Below, piece by piece: positions 26,517 through 34,396 of a stretch of 36,039 bases of DNA. Below the pieces are notes generated by a model. It did not search any database, was not told the DNA's origin, and saw only the letters and a list, made by a program, of their open reading frames with translations. Positions within the stretch are counted from its first letter, which is position 1, and each line of letters opens with the position of its first letter. The DNA lies in contig JBDRPV010000126.1 of NCBI GenBank assembly GCA_043826745.1, positions 1-36,039 of the forward strand. Reading direction: 5' to 3'. The stretch is from Parcubacteria group bacterium (lineage in GTDB: Bacteria; Patescibacteriota; JABMPQ01). Made by a program: the position numbers and the translations under genes.

Positions 26517-26732
26517 TTATGCTTCTAACTTCATTCTAGTCGCGTCTTTCTTCAATCTTTTTTCGTTCGTATATAGTTCCTCTAGCTCGCCTTCGAGTAA
26601 TTCTTTTTTTCTTTCCAAATCACTAATATCTTTTTTTAACCCTCTAACTTCTTTCTCTCGTTTGCCAATATCCTCCCGGAGGTCATCTAACGCTTCTTGA
26701 ATTCTCACTTTGGGATCGTTGAAATATGCCAT
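26517..26732 (-). CDS. Small charged coiled-coil protein, unknown function
   Basis: 71 aa (KREKEVRGLKKDISDLERKKELLEGELEELYTNEKRLKKD). It is wedged between mnmA (5-nt gap) and alaS (4-nt gap). Confidence 0.5.
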   Translation of the reverse strand: MAYFNDPKVRIQEALDDLREDIGKREKEVRGLKKDISDLERKKELLEGELEELYTNEKRLKKDATRMKLEA

Positions 26733-26737
26733 ATTTT

Positions 26738-27889
26738 TTAATTAACTTTTTTTATTATTCCCCCTCCTATTAATTCATCTCCCTGATAAAATACAATCGA
26801 TTGTCCCGGCATCACGGCTCGCTGAGGAATTTCCAACTGGGCGCGATAGATTTCTCCGTCCTGCTCAACGATCTTTGCCTCCACTGGTTTTGTATTATAC
26901 CGCACTACCGCTTCGGAGACTAGGGGCAGGGACGGTTCCCGGCCACTCACCCAACTGGCTTCAGAAAAACTTACCACAGCTGAATATAATCCCTTATCTT
27001 GTTTATCACTTGTCACAATCAAAGCATTGCTCGCAAAATCACGGTCGAGAACATAATATGGTCCGCTACCGCCAATCTTAATCCCCTTTCGCTGGCCAAT
27101 AGTATAGGCCTGTAAACCATGATGTTTTCCTAACTCCCGACCATCTTTATCAACAATAAGACCTTCCTTACCTGCACCCAAATTTCGAACTAAAAAATTA
27201 TCTACACTATCGTCAACAAAACACAGATCTTGGCTTTCCTTAGAAGCCGCAACTGGTAAATCCAGCTCGCGCGCTATTTTTCTAACCTCATCTTTTGTAT
27301 ATTTGCCAACAGGAAAAAGTAGGTGCTTGAGTTGATCTTGCTGGAGATTATACAAAAAGTATGATTGATCTTTATCTGCGTCTTTGGCTTTGAAGAGCTG
27401 GTGCTTGACTAACTCATTTTTGCCGAGTGAACTTTGTGAACTTTCTTCTGGGAAAGTTTGCAGCGAACGAGGTAATGATGAGTTAGTCAAAATAACATAG
27501 TGCCCCGTAGCTAGGTAATCAAATCCAAGCTCTCTCACTTTATCAAGCAGCAAACCAAATTTTATCTCTCGATTGCAAACCACACAAGGATTAGGTGTTA
27601 TATGATCCTTATATCCGACGATAAATTCATCCACTACTGCCTGTTTGAATTGATCCTTAAAATCCAACGTATAAAAGGGGATAGATAGCTGCTTAGCCAC
27701 TACTCTCACCTTTTGTTCTGATTCACTAGAACAACAACGGTTTTCACGCTGGCAAGCCCGCTCATCATGCCAAAAATACATAAAAAAGCCTGTCACTTCA
27801 TAGCCTGCTTTTTGTAAAAGAGCGGCCGCCACCGCCGAGTCTACTCCTCCCGACATAGCCACCGCTACTTTATTACTATCTTTAGTCAT
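26738..27889 (-). CDS. mnmA: tRNA 2-thiouridine(34) synthase MnmA
   Basis: 383 aa. Contains the PP-loop VAVAMSGGVDSAV and the catalytic-Cys region PNPCVVCNREIKFG, followed by KDQSYFLY and DLCFV. The start overlaps the upstream stop (TAATG). Confidence 0.92.
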   Translation of the reverse strand: MTKDSNKVAVAMSGGVDSAVAAALLQKAGYEVTGFFMYFWHDERACQRENRCCSSESEQKVRVVAKQLSIPFYTLDFKDQFKQAVVDEFIVGYKDHITPNPCVVCNREIKFGLLLDKVRELGFDYLATGHYVILTNSSLPRSLQTFPEESSQSSLGKNELVKHQLFKAKDADKDQSYFLYNLQQDQLKHLLFPVGKYTKDEVRKIARELDLPVAASKESQDLCFVDDSVDNFLVRNLGAGKEGLIVDKDGRELGKHHGLQAYTIGQRKGIKIGGSGPYYVLDRDFASNALIVTSDKQDKGLYSAVVSFSEASWVSGREPSLPLVSEAVVRYNTKPVEAKIVEQDGEIYRAQLEIPQRAVMPGQSIVFYQGDELIGGGIIKKVN

Positions 27890-29472
27890 TATCGACTATG
27901 ATTGTTAACTTTCACTACTTGCCCCGGTCTTACTCCTGAATTTCTACTTTTATTCTGCGGCGGTCTGGTAGTCTGTCTATCGTTTTTTCCCACGCTGGTT
28001 GTGCCTGCACCCTTCAATGCTACTGCAAAAGCTTTTTTGAAAGGTTGATGACTTTTATCCTCTTTCTTCGCTTGCGGTCGCGCCAATCGATCATTCCCCC
28101 GGTCAGAAGAACGACTACCGCCACCAGAAGGGCGACTACCACTTGGACTACCAGAAGACCGCGCCGAAGATTTCTCATCATCATCCATTACTCCACTCCA
28201 CCGCGCAATTTTGTCTTCAACTACGTCTCGCTTTTTAGCATAGCGCTCGCGTGAAATAGCAATAATTTTATCTCGGTTACCCTCAGTATCCCATAGCGGT
28301 GGTAACGTCGTGGCCGAGAAAGCCTGACTAGCCACTCCCTCTATCATCAACTTCAGATAGACATGAAATTTAGTTAGATTAACTAGGTCAGTTTCATCAA
28401 AAACTGGTTCAAACTCTTTGACTAGTACTTCGGCATCAGCTGCTCCAATTCGAAAACAGACGATCGTACCGACATTACCAAAAACAGCATAGCGAACTTC
28501 CTCGGCTAGCTGATCTATATACTGATGAGCCATTATCAAATCTAGATGATATTTACGCGCTTCAGACAAGATATCAGCAAAACTCTCGGTGGCAAAATTT
28601 TGAAACTCATCAACATAGAGATAAAAATCAGCTCGTTCTTCCTCGGGAATATCAACTCGACTCATCGCTGCCAGCTGAACCTTGGTAATTACCATCGCTC
28701 CAAAAAGAGCTGAAGCATCCTCACCTACTCTTCCTTTAGCTAAATTAAGCAATAATATTTTCCGGTTATCCATGATGTCACGCATATCCAGAGTTGACTT
28801 AGACTGCCCGACAATATTTCTAATCAAGGAAATTGATAAGAATTGACCAACTTTATTCTGAATCGGAGCGATCGCTTCTGTCATAAACTTATCTGGGTAC
28901 TTGGAAAATTCATCCACCCAAAAAGACTTTACAACTGGATCCTGCACTTTCTTGATCACTTTGTTGCGAAAAGCCTTGTCCGTCAGCATTTTCATAATAC
29001 CCAGCAAAGTACTGCCCGGATAATCCATCAAAGCAAGAATAGTATTGCGTAAAACGTATTCCAAGCGCGGCCCCCAAGAATCAGCCCATATTTTCTTAAA
29101 TACACCTAGTAGCCCAGAAGCCACCAGATGTTTATGATCAGGATCAACGTTCTCCATCACATTAAAAGCAATCGGATTATCAACATCGCCGGGATTAAAA
29201 TAGACAACGTCGTTGATCCGATCAGCCGGAACATAATCAAGCATTTTGTCAGCAAACTCGCCATGCGGATCAACCACACAGACGCCATTGCCGGCCTTAA
29301 TATCAGAAATCACCATATTCTCCATCATGGTCGTTTTGCCCATGCCAGTTTTTCCAACTACATACATGTGCCGCCGCCGATCGTCTACCTTAATACCAAA
29401 ACGACGTTTCTGACCCCGAAAGTTAGTTTCGCCAAATAGGGTAACGTCTGATTGTGGGTTTTGGTTTTCCAT
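27889..29472 (-). CDS. VirD4/TraD/TraG-like (type IV coupling protein-like) P-loop NTPase lacking an N-terminal membrane anchor
   Basis: 527 aa. Walker A is GKTGMGKT (residues 40-47) and Walker B is FYLYVDEF (residues 283-290). The ARKYHLDLIMAHQYIDQL...FGNVGTIVCF block resembles the C-terminal TraG/VirD4 module. No hydrophobic N-terminus is present. The last roughly 95 aa are Ser/Gly/Arg/Lys-rich and look disordered. Confidence 0.7.
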   Translation of the reverse strand: MENQNPQSDVTLFGETNFRGQKRRFGIKVDDRRRHMYVVGKTGMGKTTMMENMVISDIKAGNGVCVVDPHGEFADKMLDYVPADRINDVVYFNPGDVDNPIAFNVMENVDPDHKHLVASGLLGVFKKIWADSWGPRLEYVLRNTILALMDYPGSTLLGIMKMLTDKAFRNKVIKKVQDPVVKSFWVDEFSKYPDKFMTEAIAPIQNKVGQFLSISLIRNIVGQSKSTLDMRDIMDNRKILLLNLAKGRVGEDASALFGAMVITKVQLAAMSRVDIPEEERADFYLYVDEFQNFATESFADILSEARKYHLDLIMAHQYIDQLAEEVRYAVFGNVGTIVCFRIGAADAEVLVKEFEPVFDETDLVNLTKFHVYLKLMIEGVASQAFSATTLPPLWDTEGNRDKIIAISRERYAKKRDVVEDKIARWSGVMDDDEKSSARSSGSPSGSRPSGGGSRSSDRGNDRLARPQAKKEDKSHQPFKKAFAVALKGAGTTSVGKNDRQTTRPPQNKSRNSGVRPGQVVKVNNHSR

Positions 29473-29484
29473 CGATAATATAGA

Positions 29485-30759
29485 TTACTCCATCGGCAAA
29501 TCACCTGGCGGCATTCCCTTGCCAGACTCGGCCGTAACAACGGCTGGTGACTTAACTGTGATATAGGGAAAGTGAAACACCGTGGCCAGTTCTTCAACAC
29601 TCATGATAAATGGCTGCGCTCCGGCATCAACATCTCGCGATTGATAACGACGAATCAAATTGGTTTGACGAGGAGGAATGCGGGTTTTCTTCCAATAAGA
29701 AATAAAGGTCCAGTACTTTTTATGGGGCTTGAAAGAATTTAGGTTATTTGAATTAAAACCTTTAAAGGTTCCCATCATTGGGAAACCAATCCGTTTTTTG
29801 TTGAATACATCTTTGCGTCCTAAATACAGTGTCCGAACTTTTACTTGAAAACCGCCCTTACTAATGTTCTCCTGTATGGCTTTGACTGCATCTTGTTCTC
29901 CCGGTGATAAAAATAGCATTTCACTGGGTGGAGCGTCCTTAGTATTTGTTTTGCCTTGAGCTGCATCAGCTGGCTCAATCGCGCTAACTGCCGTCTGTAC
30001 TCCCTTCAAAAACAAAGGATTGTATGGCTTCCCCTTACGCTTAATAAGTTTATCAACAAGTTTATCACCATCTTTTTTCCACTTATCGCTGACTGGGCGG
30101 AGAATATACTGATACCAGATTTGTTCCCCATCCCCAATTCTACTCATCACCTCCAGGGCGTTAGAGAGAGGGTCAATAAACTTCTCTTCACTCATATCAT
30201 CCAAAAAATGCTTATAAGTCCGGATAGGATAAGCGTCTTCTCTCTCGAGTTTCCACTCCACCCCTACCATATCATACTGATCATTGGGAAATTTACTGGG
30301 AATAAACTGCGCGTAGTCATCGACTTCAATAATCTCCGCTTCTGGATACTGAGCATAGACGTTAGCTTCAACATGATCACGTAAGATAGTCGGCACGCGG
30401 ATAATAAAACGGATTTGCCCAGCCACACTGGCAATCTCTAGGCTAAATGTATTTTGGGATTCACCTTCAAAATATTTTTCTTTAAAATTAGGGGGCGAAT
30501 AAATAGTCCAAAGACCATTTAAAACCTCTTCCATTGACTTCGGGTTTTTCTCGTTGTCTTCGGGAACACTGATAGCTAACTGGATGTATTCGATGGAACG
30601 AACATACTTTATCCGCATGTAATTAAGCCAGACATAGTACAGTACGGCCAAAAACCCTGGAATAATTAACCACCATATTTTCCGCCCAACAGAAAAAAAC
30701 ATGTACCAAAATTCGTACAAATAACTAAAGAAATCAAGTGGTGGTAACTCCTCAAACAC
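29485..30759 (-). CDS. Membrane protein of unknown function, partner of the coupling-protein-like ATPase
   Basis: 424 aa. The track start is a GTG at 30759; an in-frame ATG lies at codon 20, so the true start is uncertain. A hydrophobic N-terminus (FFSYLYEFWYMFFSV, IWWLIIPGFLAVLYYVWLNY) is followed by MRIKYVR and a soluble domain of about 370 aa. It ends 12 nt before the ATPase gene. Confidence 0.55.
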   Translation of the reverse strand: MFEELPPLDFFSYLYEFWYMFFSVGRKIWWLIIPGFLAVLYYVWLNYMRIKYVRSIEYIQLAISVPEDNEKNPKSMEEVLNGLWTIYSPPNFKEKYFEGESQNTFSLEIASVAGQIRFIIRVPTILRDHVEANVYAQYPEAEIIEVDDYAQFIPSKFPNDQYDMVGVEWKLEREDAYPIRTYKHFLDDMSEEKFIDPLSNALEVMSRIGDGEQIWYQYILRPVSDKWKKDGDKLVDKLIKRKGKPYNPLFLKGVQTAVSAIEPADAAQGKTNTKDAPPSEMLFLSPGEQDAVKAIQENISKGGFQVKVRTLYLGRKDVFNKKRIGFPMMGTFKGFNSNNLNSFKPHKKYWTFISYWKKTRIPPRQTNLIRRYQSRDVDAGAQPFIMSVEELATVFHFPYITVKSPAVVTAESGKGMPPGDLPME

Positions 30760-30825
30760 AAGTCAAGATTAATGCCTTTATTTTTGTATTATATAACACC
30801 TCGTTAGTAGAGAGAAGAGATAAAT

Positions 30826-31908
30826 TTAGGCTAGGGTATAGGATTGTTTATCAACTCGCTGAAAACGTTTTGTGTTTTGCAAAGCCAAGGCAACCGTATT
30901 ACGTTTGACCATTCTTTGTTCTAAAACCTTAGAGATAATTTCATCTTTAGCCATGGGCTTGCCGGCTGCTTGCAAAACATGTTCGACCACATCAGCTACT
31001 GTCCCGGAGCTATATCCCCAGTCAGTCAGTCCATAAATACCCCGCCCAACTAAAACAAAACGCTTATCCTTGATCAACTCATTGTGCACAGTCTGGGAAA
31101 TTGCCTGTCGGCCCCCAAAGCTTATTTCATTGATCTTGTCCGTGATTTCTTTGAAGTGGAGAGGCTTACCGTTCTTTTTGAGTACTAGAAAAGCTTTATC
31201 TTTCACACCCTTAGGTACTATTTCATTCCAACTAGTAAATCCCCATTCAGCAAAAGGATTTTTTAATATTTTCTTGCCTAATTTCAAATAAGACTGGACA
31301 TGTTTAGCTTCAGAAACATCATGATTCTGAACTGTCTCGTGCTGTAAAATATGTTTTACAATTTCTGCTTCCGATAGAGGCTTGTTTTGCTTTTTTAATA
31401 CTTGGTGAGCAGCTTCGATAACTTTTCGCGGTATTTCAATGGAGCTGCCTTTTGTACCCCAGGCTTTATAAGTATGCTCTGTGTTATCATGACAATCAAA
31501 CTTATTACTGAGATTTAAAATAAAATCAACCACATTGCCATGTGTTTTAGCTGGTGATATTCTCTCTATAAAAGTATCTACCAGATGATTATGTTCCATA
31601 ACCTGGCCATGCTCAGCAATAACTGACTCCAATAGTGATTCACAAGGCTCAACTGCCTTTATCTTATTACCTTTTTGCAAATCTTTCAGAGCAGCTGACT
31701 CGATTTGTCGAACCCGCTCTCTAGTAATATCATGATTTTTACCGATTTCTTCCAACGTTTGGCGACGATCGCTATCCAGCCCAAAGCGCTTGACTAAAAT
31801 ATCTTTGGTTCTAGGCTTTAAGCTAGAGATTAGCTTGAACACAAAATCAGTGGGAAGCACTTGCACTCCCGCTTGACGGTTAGAGTTATTATTTATCTGA
31901 TTAGTCAT
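30826..31908 (-). CDS. DNA-binding protein: N-terminal sigma-70 region-4-like HTH followed by tandem HARE-HTH-like modules
   Basis: 360 aa. LKPRTKDILVKRFGLDSDRRQTLEEIGKNHDITRERVRQIESAALKDL closely resembles sigma-70 region 4, but regions 2 and 3 are absent. Later repeats look like HARE-HTH: KKQNKPLSEAEIVKHIL, LKKNGKPLHFKEITDKI...RFVLVGRGIYGLTDWG and QAAGKPMAKDEIISKVL...RFQRVDKQSYTL. Confidence 0.6.
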   Translation of the reverse strand: MTNQINNNSNRQAGVQVLPTDFVFKLISSLKPRTKDILVKRFGLDSDRRQTLEEIGKNHDITRERVRQIESAALKDLQKGNKIKAVEPCESLLESVIAEHGQVMEHNHLVDTFIERISPAKTHGNVVDFILNLSNKFDCHDNTEHTYKAWGTKGSSIEIPRKVIEAAHQVLKKQNKPLSEAEIVKHILQHETVQNHDVSEAKHVQSYLKLGKKILKNPFAEWGFTSWNEIVPKGVKDKAFLVLKKNGKPLHFKEITDKINEISFGGRQAISQTVHNELIKDKRFVLVGRGIYGLTDWGYSSGTVADVVEHVLQAAGKPMAKDEIISKVLEQRMVKRNTVALALQNTKRFQRVDKQSYTLA

Positions 31909-31967
31909 CGGCTTACTTTCTTTATATTAAACAATTTATTAATACGTTTAACTTATCTCCTTATCAG

Positions 31968-31996
31968 AGTGTATCACAAACTCCCAACATTGTCAA
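31968..31996 (-). promoter_or_regulatory. Candidate sigma-70-type promoter (proximal) for the region-4/HARE-HTH gene
   Basis: The minus strand reads TTGACA, a 17-nt spacer, then TACACT. It lies about 60 nt upstream of the ATG at 31908. Confidence 0.5.
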
Positions 31997-32028
31997 CATC
32001 AATTTTGCCTTTTCTGAACGATCATGAC

Positions 32029-32056
32029 ATAATATCAATTTTTCATTTCCCGTCAA
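32029..32056 (-). promoter_or_regulatory. Candidate sigma-70-type promoter (distal) for the region-4/HARE-HTH gene
   Basis: The minus strand reads TTGACG, a 16-nt spacer, then TATTAT. The -10 is preceded by TGA, giving an extended -10 (TGnTATTAT). Confidence 0.5.
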
Positions 32057-32182
32057 GGGATTTTTGCTAAATTTAGCACCTAGTTGACTGTATTGCCTTT
32101 AAATAAAGGACTTTGTCCTTTGTTTACTTGTTCAATCAGAAAGGCAAAAAATAAATTTTTGCTTTTCATTCGTTCACTGCGT

Positions 32183-32223
32183 AAATAAACAAAAACCCCA
32201 TTTACAATTTCTGGAGTTTTTGG
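32183..32223 (-). terminator. Intrinsic terminator after the sugar-transferase gene
   Basis: The minus strand reads CCAAAAACTCC-AGAAATTGTAAAT-GGGGTTTTTG followed by TTTATTT. The stem is about 10 bp with one G-U pair. Confidence 0.65.
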
Positions 32224-32249
32224 TCTAATTCTGCTGGCTGGAAAACAAC

Positions 32250-33632
32250 TTAATGGGCAGCTTCTGCTTGCAAAACAATCTTGACAGTACGCAATAAAAT
32301 CTGCAAATCCATTTTTAGCGCCCAATTTTCAATATAATAAGTGTCTAGCTTTACTTCTTCAGCAAAAGAGAGATCTGAGGCACCACTTACCTGTCCCATT
32401 CCAGTCATTCCCGGCTTGATGGCTAACACTTTTCGCTGATGCTTCTGATATTGCGCTACCTCTTCTGGTTCGTGGGGACGCGGACCAATCAAGCTCATGT
32501 CATCCTTAAGCACATTTAGCAACTGAGGTAGCTCATCGATCCTAGTTTTACGCAAGAATCTACCTACCCGAGTAATGCGCGGATCATTTTTCATTTTAAA
32601 TAACGGCCCCTGGCGTTCGCTAAACTTAAGCAGGTCTTTCTTCATTTTGTGGGCATCTTTAACCATCGAGCGGAATTTGAACATGTCAAATTCACCATCT
32701 CTACCTACTCGCTTTAATCTAACTAATACCGTTCCTGGCGTATTCAATTTAATAACAATGGCGACAGCTACAAATAAAGGCAATAAAAATATCAGCCCCA
32801 ATGTCGCGCCTGCCACATCAACAATTCGTTTAATGATCTTTCCCCAGCCATCGAGCGGGGTGCGTCGAAATTCCACCAGGGGAAAGCCAGCAACAGCCCT
32901 TACTTCAATATTAGTAGCCTCCGTGCCAAAAAGATCAGGAATGTATTTCATATCAATTTTGCGCTCGTCAGCAAAGTCAATTAGCTCCAGGACCTTTGTC
33001 TTGGGAATAGCGGGATCAGTTTGAATAATTTCATCCACTCCTTGATTTTGCGAAAATTGCTCTAATTTCTGTAACGTGTCGCCATTTACCTCATTTAGAG
33101 TGCCTACTACTTTATAGCCGGAAAGTGGATTTTGGAAACTATCTTTGATGTGTCTAGCAGCGGAAGTGTCACCAATCAACACGACTCGATGTACCCCGTA
33201 GTTATATTTATACAATCGGTGCTGTAGCCAACGAATTAGTGATCGACCCAGCACTATTAAAATTATTGCTAGTAACCAAGTCACTAATACTAAAAAACGA
33301 GAGGAAAAAAGTTCCGCTCGTAAGAATATATATAACACAATTCCCATTACTCCAGTGGATACTCCGACAAAAACGCTATATAGGTCATCAACTAATCGAC
33401 GCTTTTTCTTCGGGTTGTAAAGACCCAGCAGGGCGAAAATAAGCAGCCAAACGGGAGTGACTACTATTGCCAGCAAAAGATACTGCCGAAGAGGTAAATT
33501 AAACTGCACCGGCCATATCTCCACTACTCGGTCAGAAAAACGAATAAAGTAGGTGACAACTGCCGCCAAAATTATCATCAAGAAATCTACTGGAACCAAG
33601 GCAGCTGTAAAAGCTAATTCGGATTTTTTCAT
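32250..33632 (-). CDS. Polyprenyl-phosphate glycosyl-1-phosphate transferase (WbaP/bacterial sugar transferase family)
   Basis: 460 aa. Four or five N-terminal TM helices are followed by a central linker domain. The C-terminal catalytic domain carries KRIVDVAGATLGLIFLLPLF, MFKFRSM, GPLFKMKNDPRITRVGRFLRKTRIDELPQLLNVLKDDMSLIGPRP and YIENWALKMDLQILLRT. Confidence 0.9.
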   Translation of the reverse strand: MKKSELAFTAALVPVDFLMIILAAVVTYFIRFSDRVVEIWPVQFNLPLRQYLLLAIVVTPVWLLIFALLGLYNPKKKRRLVDDLYSVFVGVSTGVMGIVLYIFLRAELFSSRFLVLVTWLLAIILIVLGRSLIRWLQHRLYKYNYGVHRVVLIGDTSAARHIKDSFQNPLSGYKVVGTLNEVNGDTLQKLEQFSQNQGVDEIIQTDPAIPKTKVLELIDFADERKIDMKYIPDLFGTEATNIEVRAVAGFPLVEFRRTPLDGWGKIIKRIVDVAGATLGLIFLLPLFVAVAIVIKLNTPGTVLVRLKRVGRDGEFDMFKFRSMVKDAHKMKKDLLKFSERQGPLFKMKNDPRITRVGRFLRKTRIDELPQLLNVLKDDMSLIGPRPHEPEEVAQYQKHQRKVLAIKPGMTGMGQVSGASDLSFAEEVKLDTYYIENWALKMDLQILLRTVKIVLQAEAAH

Positions 33633-33671
33633 CGAGGGATATTATCTTGTGCTTGGATCTAAGTATATACC

Positions 33672-34306
33672 AAAAAGTCCAAGCAAACAATAAGCCGAGT
33701 TTTGTACCGATTTCATCCGAACGAAACGAGGTTTGAAATCGAGTATTCCGCTTCGGCGAGATCTCTCAGCCCCCAAAGGAAGACCAACTTCAAACCAACT
33801 TCGCTCGGATTAATCGTGATGATCATCTATCTAGTCCCGACATCGCTGTCGGGATCAAGCGACTAATAATTTGTCTTGCACCAGGCAGGGTTTACCAGGC
33901 ACTCATGTTACCATGAGGCCAAACGGGTAGCCTTCATGAAAAACATCCCGCTTCTTTTCACCTTTCACCAATGCTCCGCATTGGAAATTCCAACTATCAA
34001 ATCACAATCTCCAAGCAAATGACAAACTACAATTTACAATAATCAAACAGTTTGAAATTTGGTGCTTGTGACTTGGAATTTCCGGTGCGAAGCACCGGTT
34101 AGTATTGTCTCTGCGGCACTCCCGCCAAAGCGGGACCACGACTGCTGTCGAGGTTTCCCTAAAATTCAAGCTAATCACAAGTCCGCGGGACTCCTAATTA
34201 CCTTTCTTTTGGTTGCCGTTAGCAACTGCCATTTTTGATGGTGCTCGGACTTTCCTCCCACTGCGGCCTTGCGGCTACAGAAGGCGATCATCTCGTTTGC
34301 TTGGAC
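33672..34306 (-). ncRNA. rnpB: RNase P RNA (bacterial, type-A-like core) with large helical expansions, about 635 nt
   Basis: Conserved blocks on the minus strand: GGAGGAAAGTCCGAGCAC (34241-34258), AGTGCCGCAGAGACAATAC (34102-34120), GGTAAACCCTGCCTGGTGCAAGACAAAT (about 33871-33898) and ACAAAACTCGGCTTAT (33690-33705). P1 pairs TCCAAGCAAAC (34295-34305) with GTTTGCTTGGA (33678-33688). P2 pairs GAGATGATC with GATCATCAC. A promoter lies immediately upstream. Confidence 0.88.
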
Positions 34307-34312
34307 TGGGAC

Positions 34313-34341
34313 ATAGTAACAGGATTCATGGCAAAAGTCAA
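34313..34341 (-). promoter_or_regulatory. Candidate promoter of rnpB
   Basis: The minus strand reads TTGACT, a 17-nt spacer, then TACTAT. The predicted start is about 7 nt downstream, at the first nucleotides of helix P1. Confidence 0.6.
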
Positions 34342-34342
34342 C

Positions 34343-34376
34343 TCAAACAAAAATCCCAGCTTTCACAACTGGGATT
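34343..34376 (-). terminator. Intrinsic terminator after gatB
   Basis: The minus strand reads AATCCCAG-TTGTGAAAG-CTGGGATT followed by TTTGTTTG. It starts about 20 nt after the gatB stop. Confidence 0.75.
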
Positions 34377-34396
34377 GCGAAAAATCATAAATAATT

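Noticed and set aside
2199-29439. About 40 track ORFs of 62-149 aa lie antisense to, or out of frame within, larger minus-strand genes. Examples are 2199-2453, 3007-3207, 5527-5811, 8462-8761, 11322-11636, 21453-21740, 23752-24039, 25460-25729, 28045-28254, 29128-29439, 29956-30384 and 32575-33024.
   Set aside because: Each is fully embedded in a longer ORF with clear family motifs on the other strand or frame. Their translations are low-complexity (Ser/Pro/Thr/Ile-rich), typical of antisense reading of coding DNA, and none resembles a family I recognise.
27889-30759. Interpreting the VirD4/TraD-like ATPase as part of an integrated conjugative element or plasmid remnant
   Set aside because: No relaxase, VirB4-like ATPase, integrase/recombinase, replication gene, tRNA attachment site or flanking direct repeats appear in 36 kb. 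The gene is codon-overlapped with mnmA and shares an operon with alaS, and I could see no compositional break.
32080-32325. 81-aa minus-strand ORF between the sugar transferase and the region-4/HARE-HTH gene
   Set aside because: It overlaps the 3' end of the sugar-transferase gene in another frame. It also runs through the predicted terminator hairpins and promoter-proximal AT-rich sequence. The composition is not protein-like.
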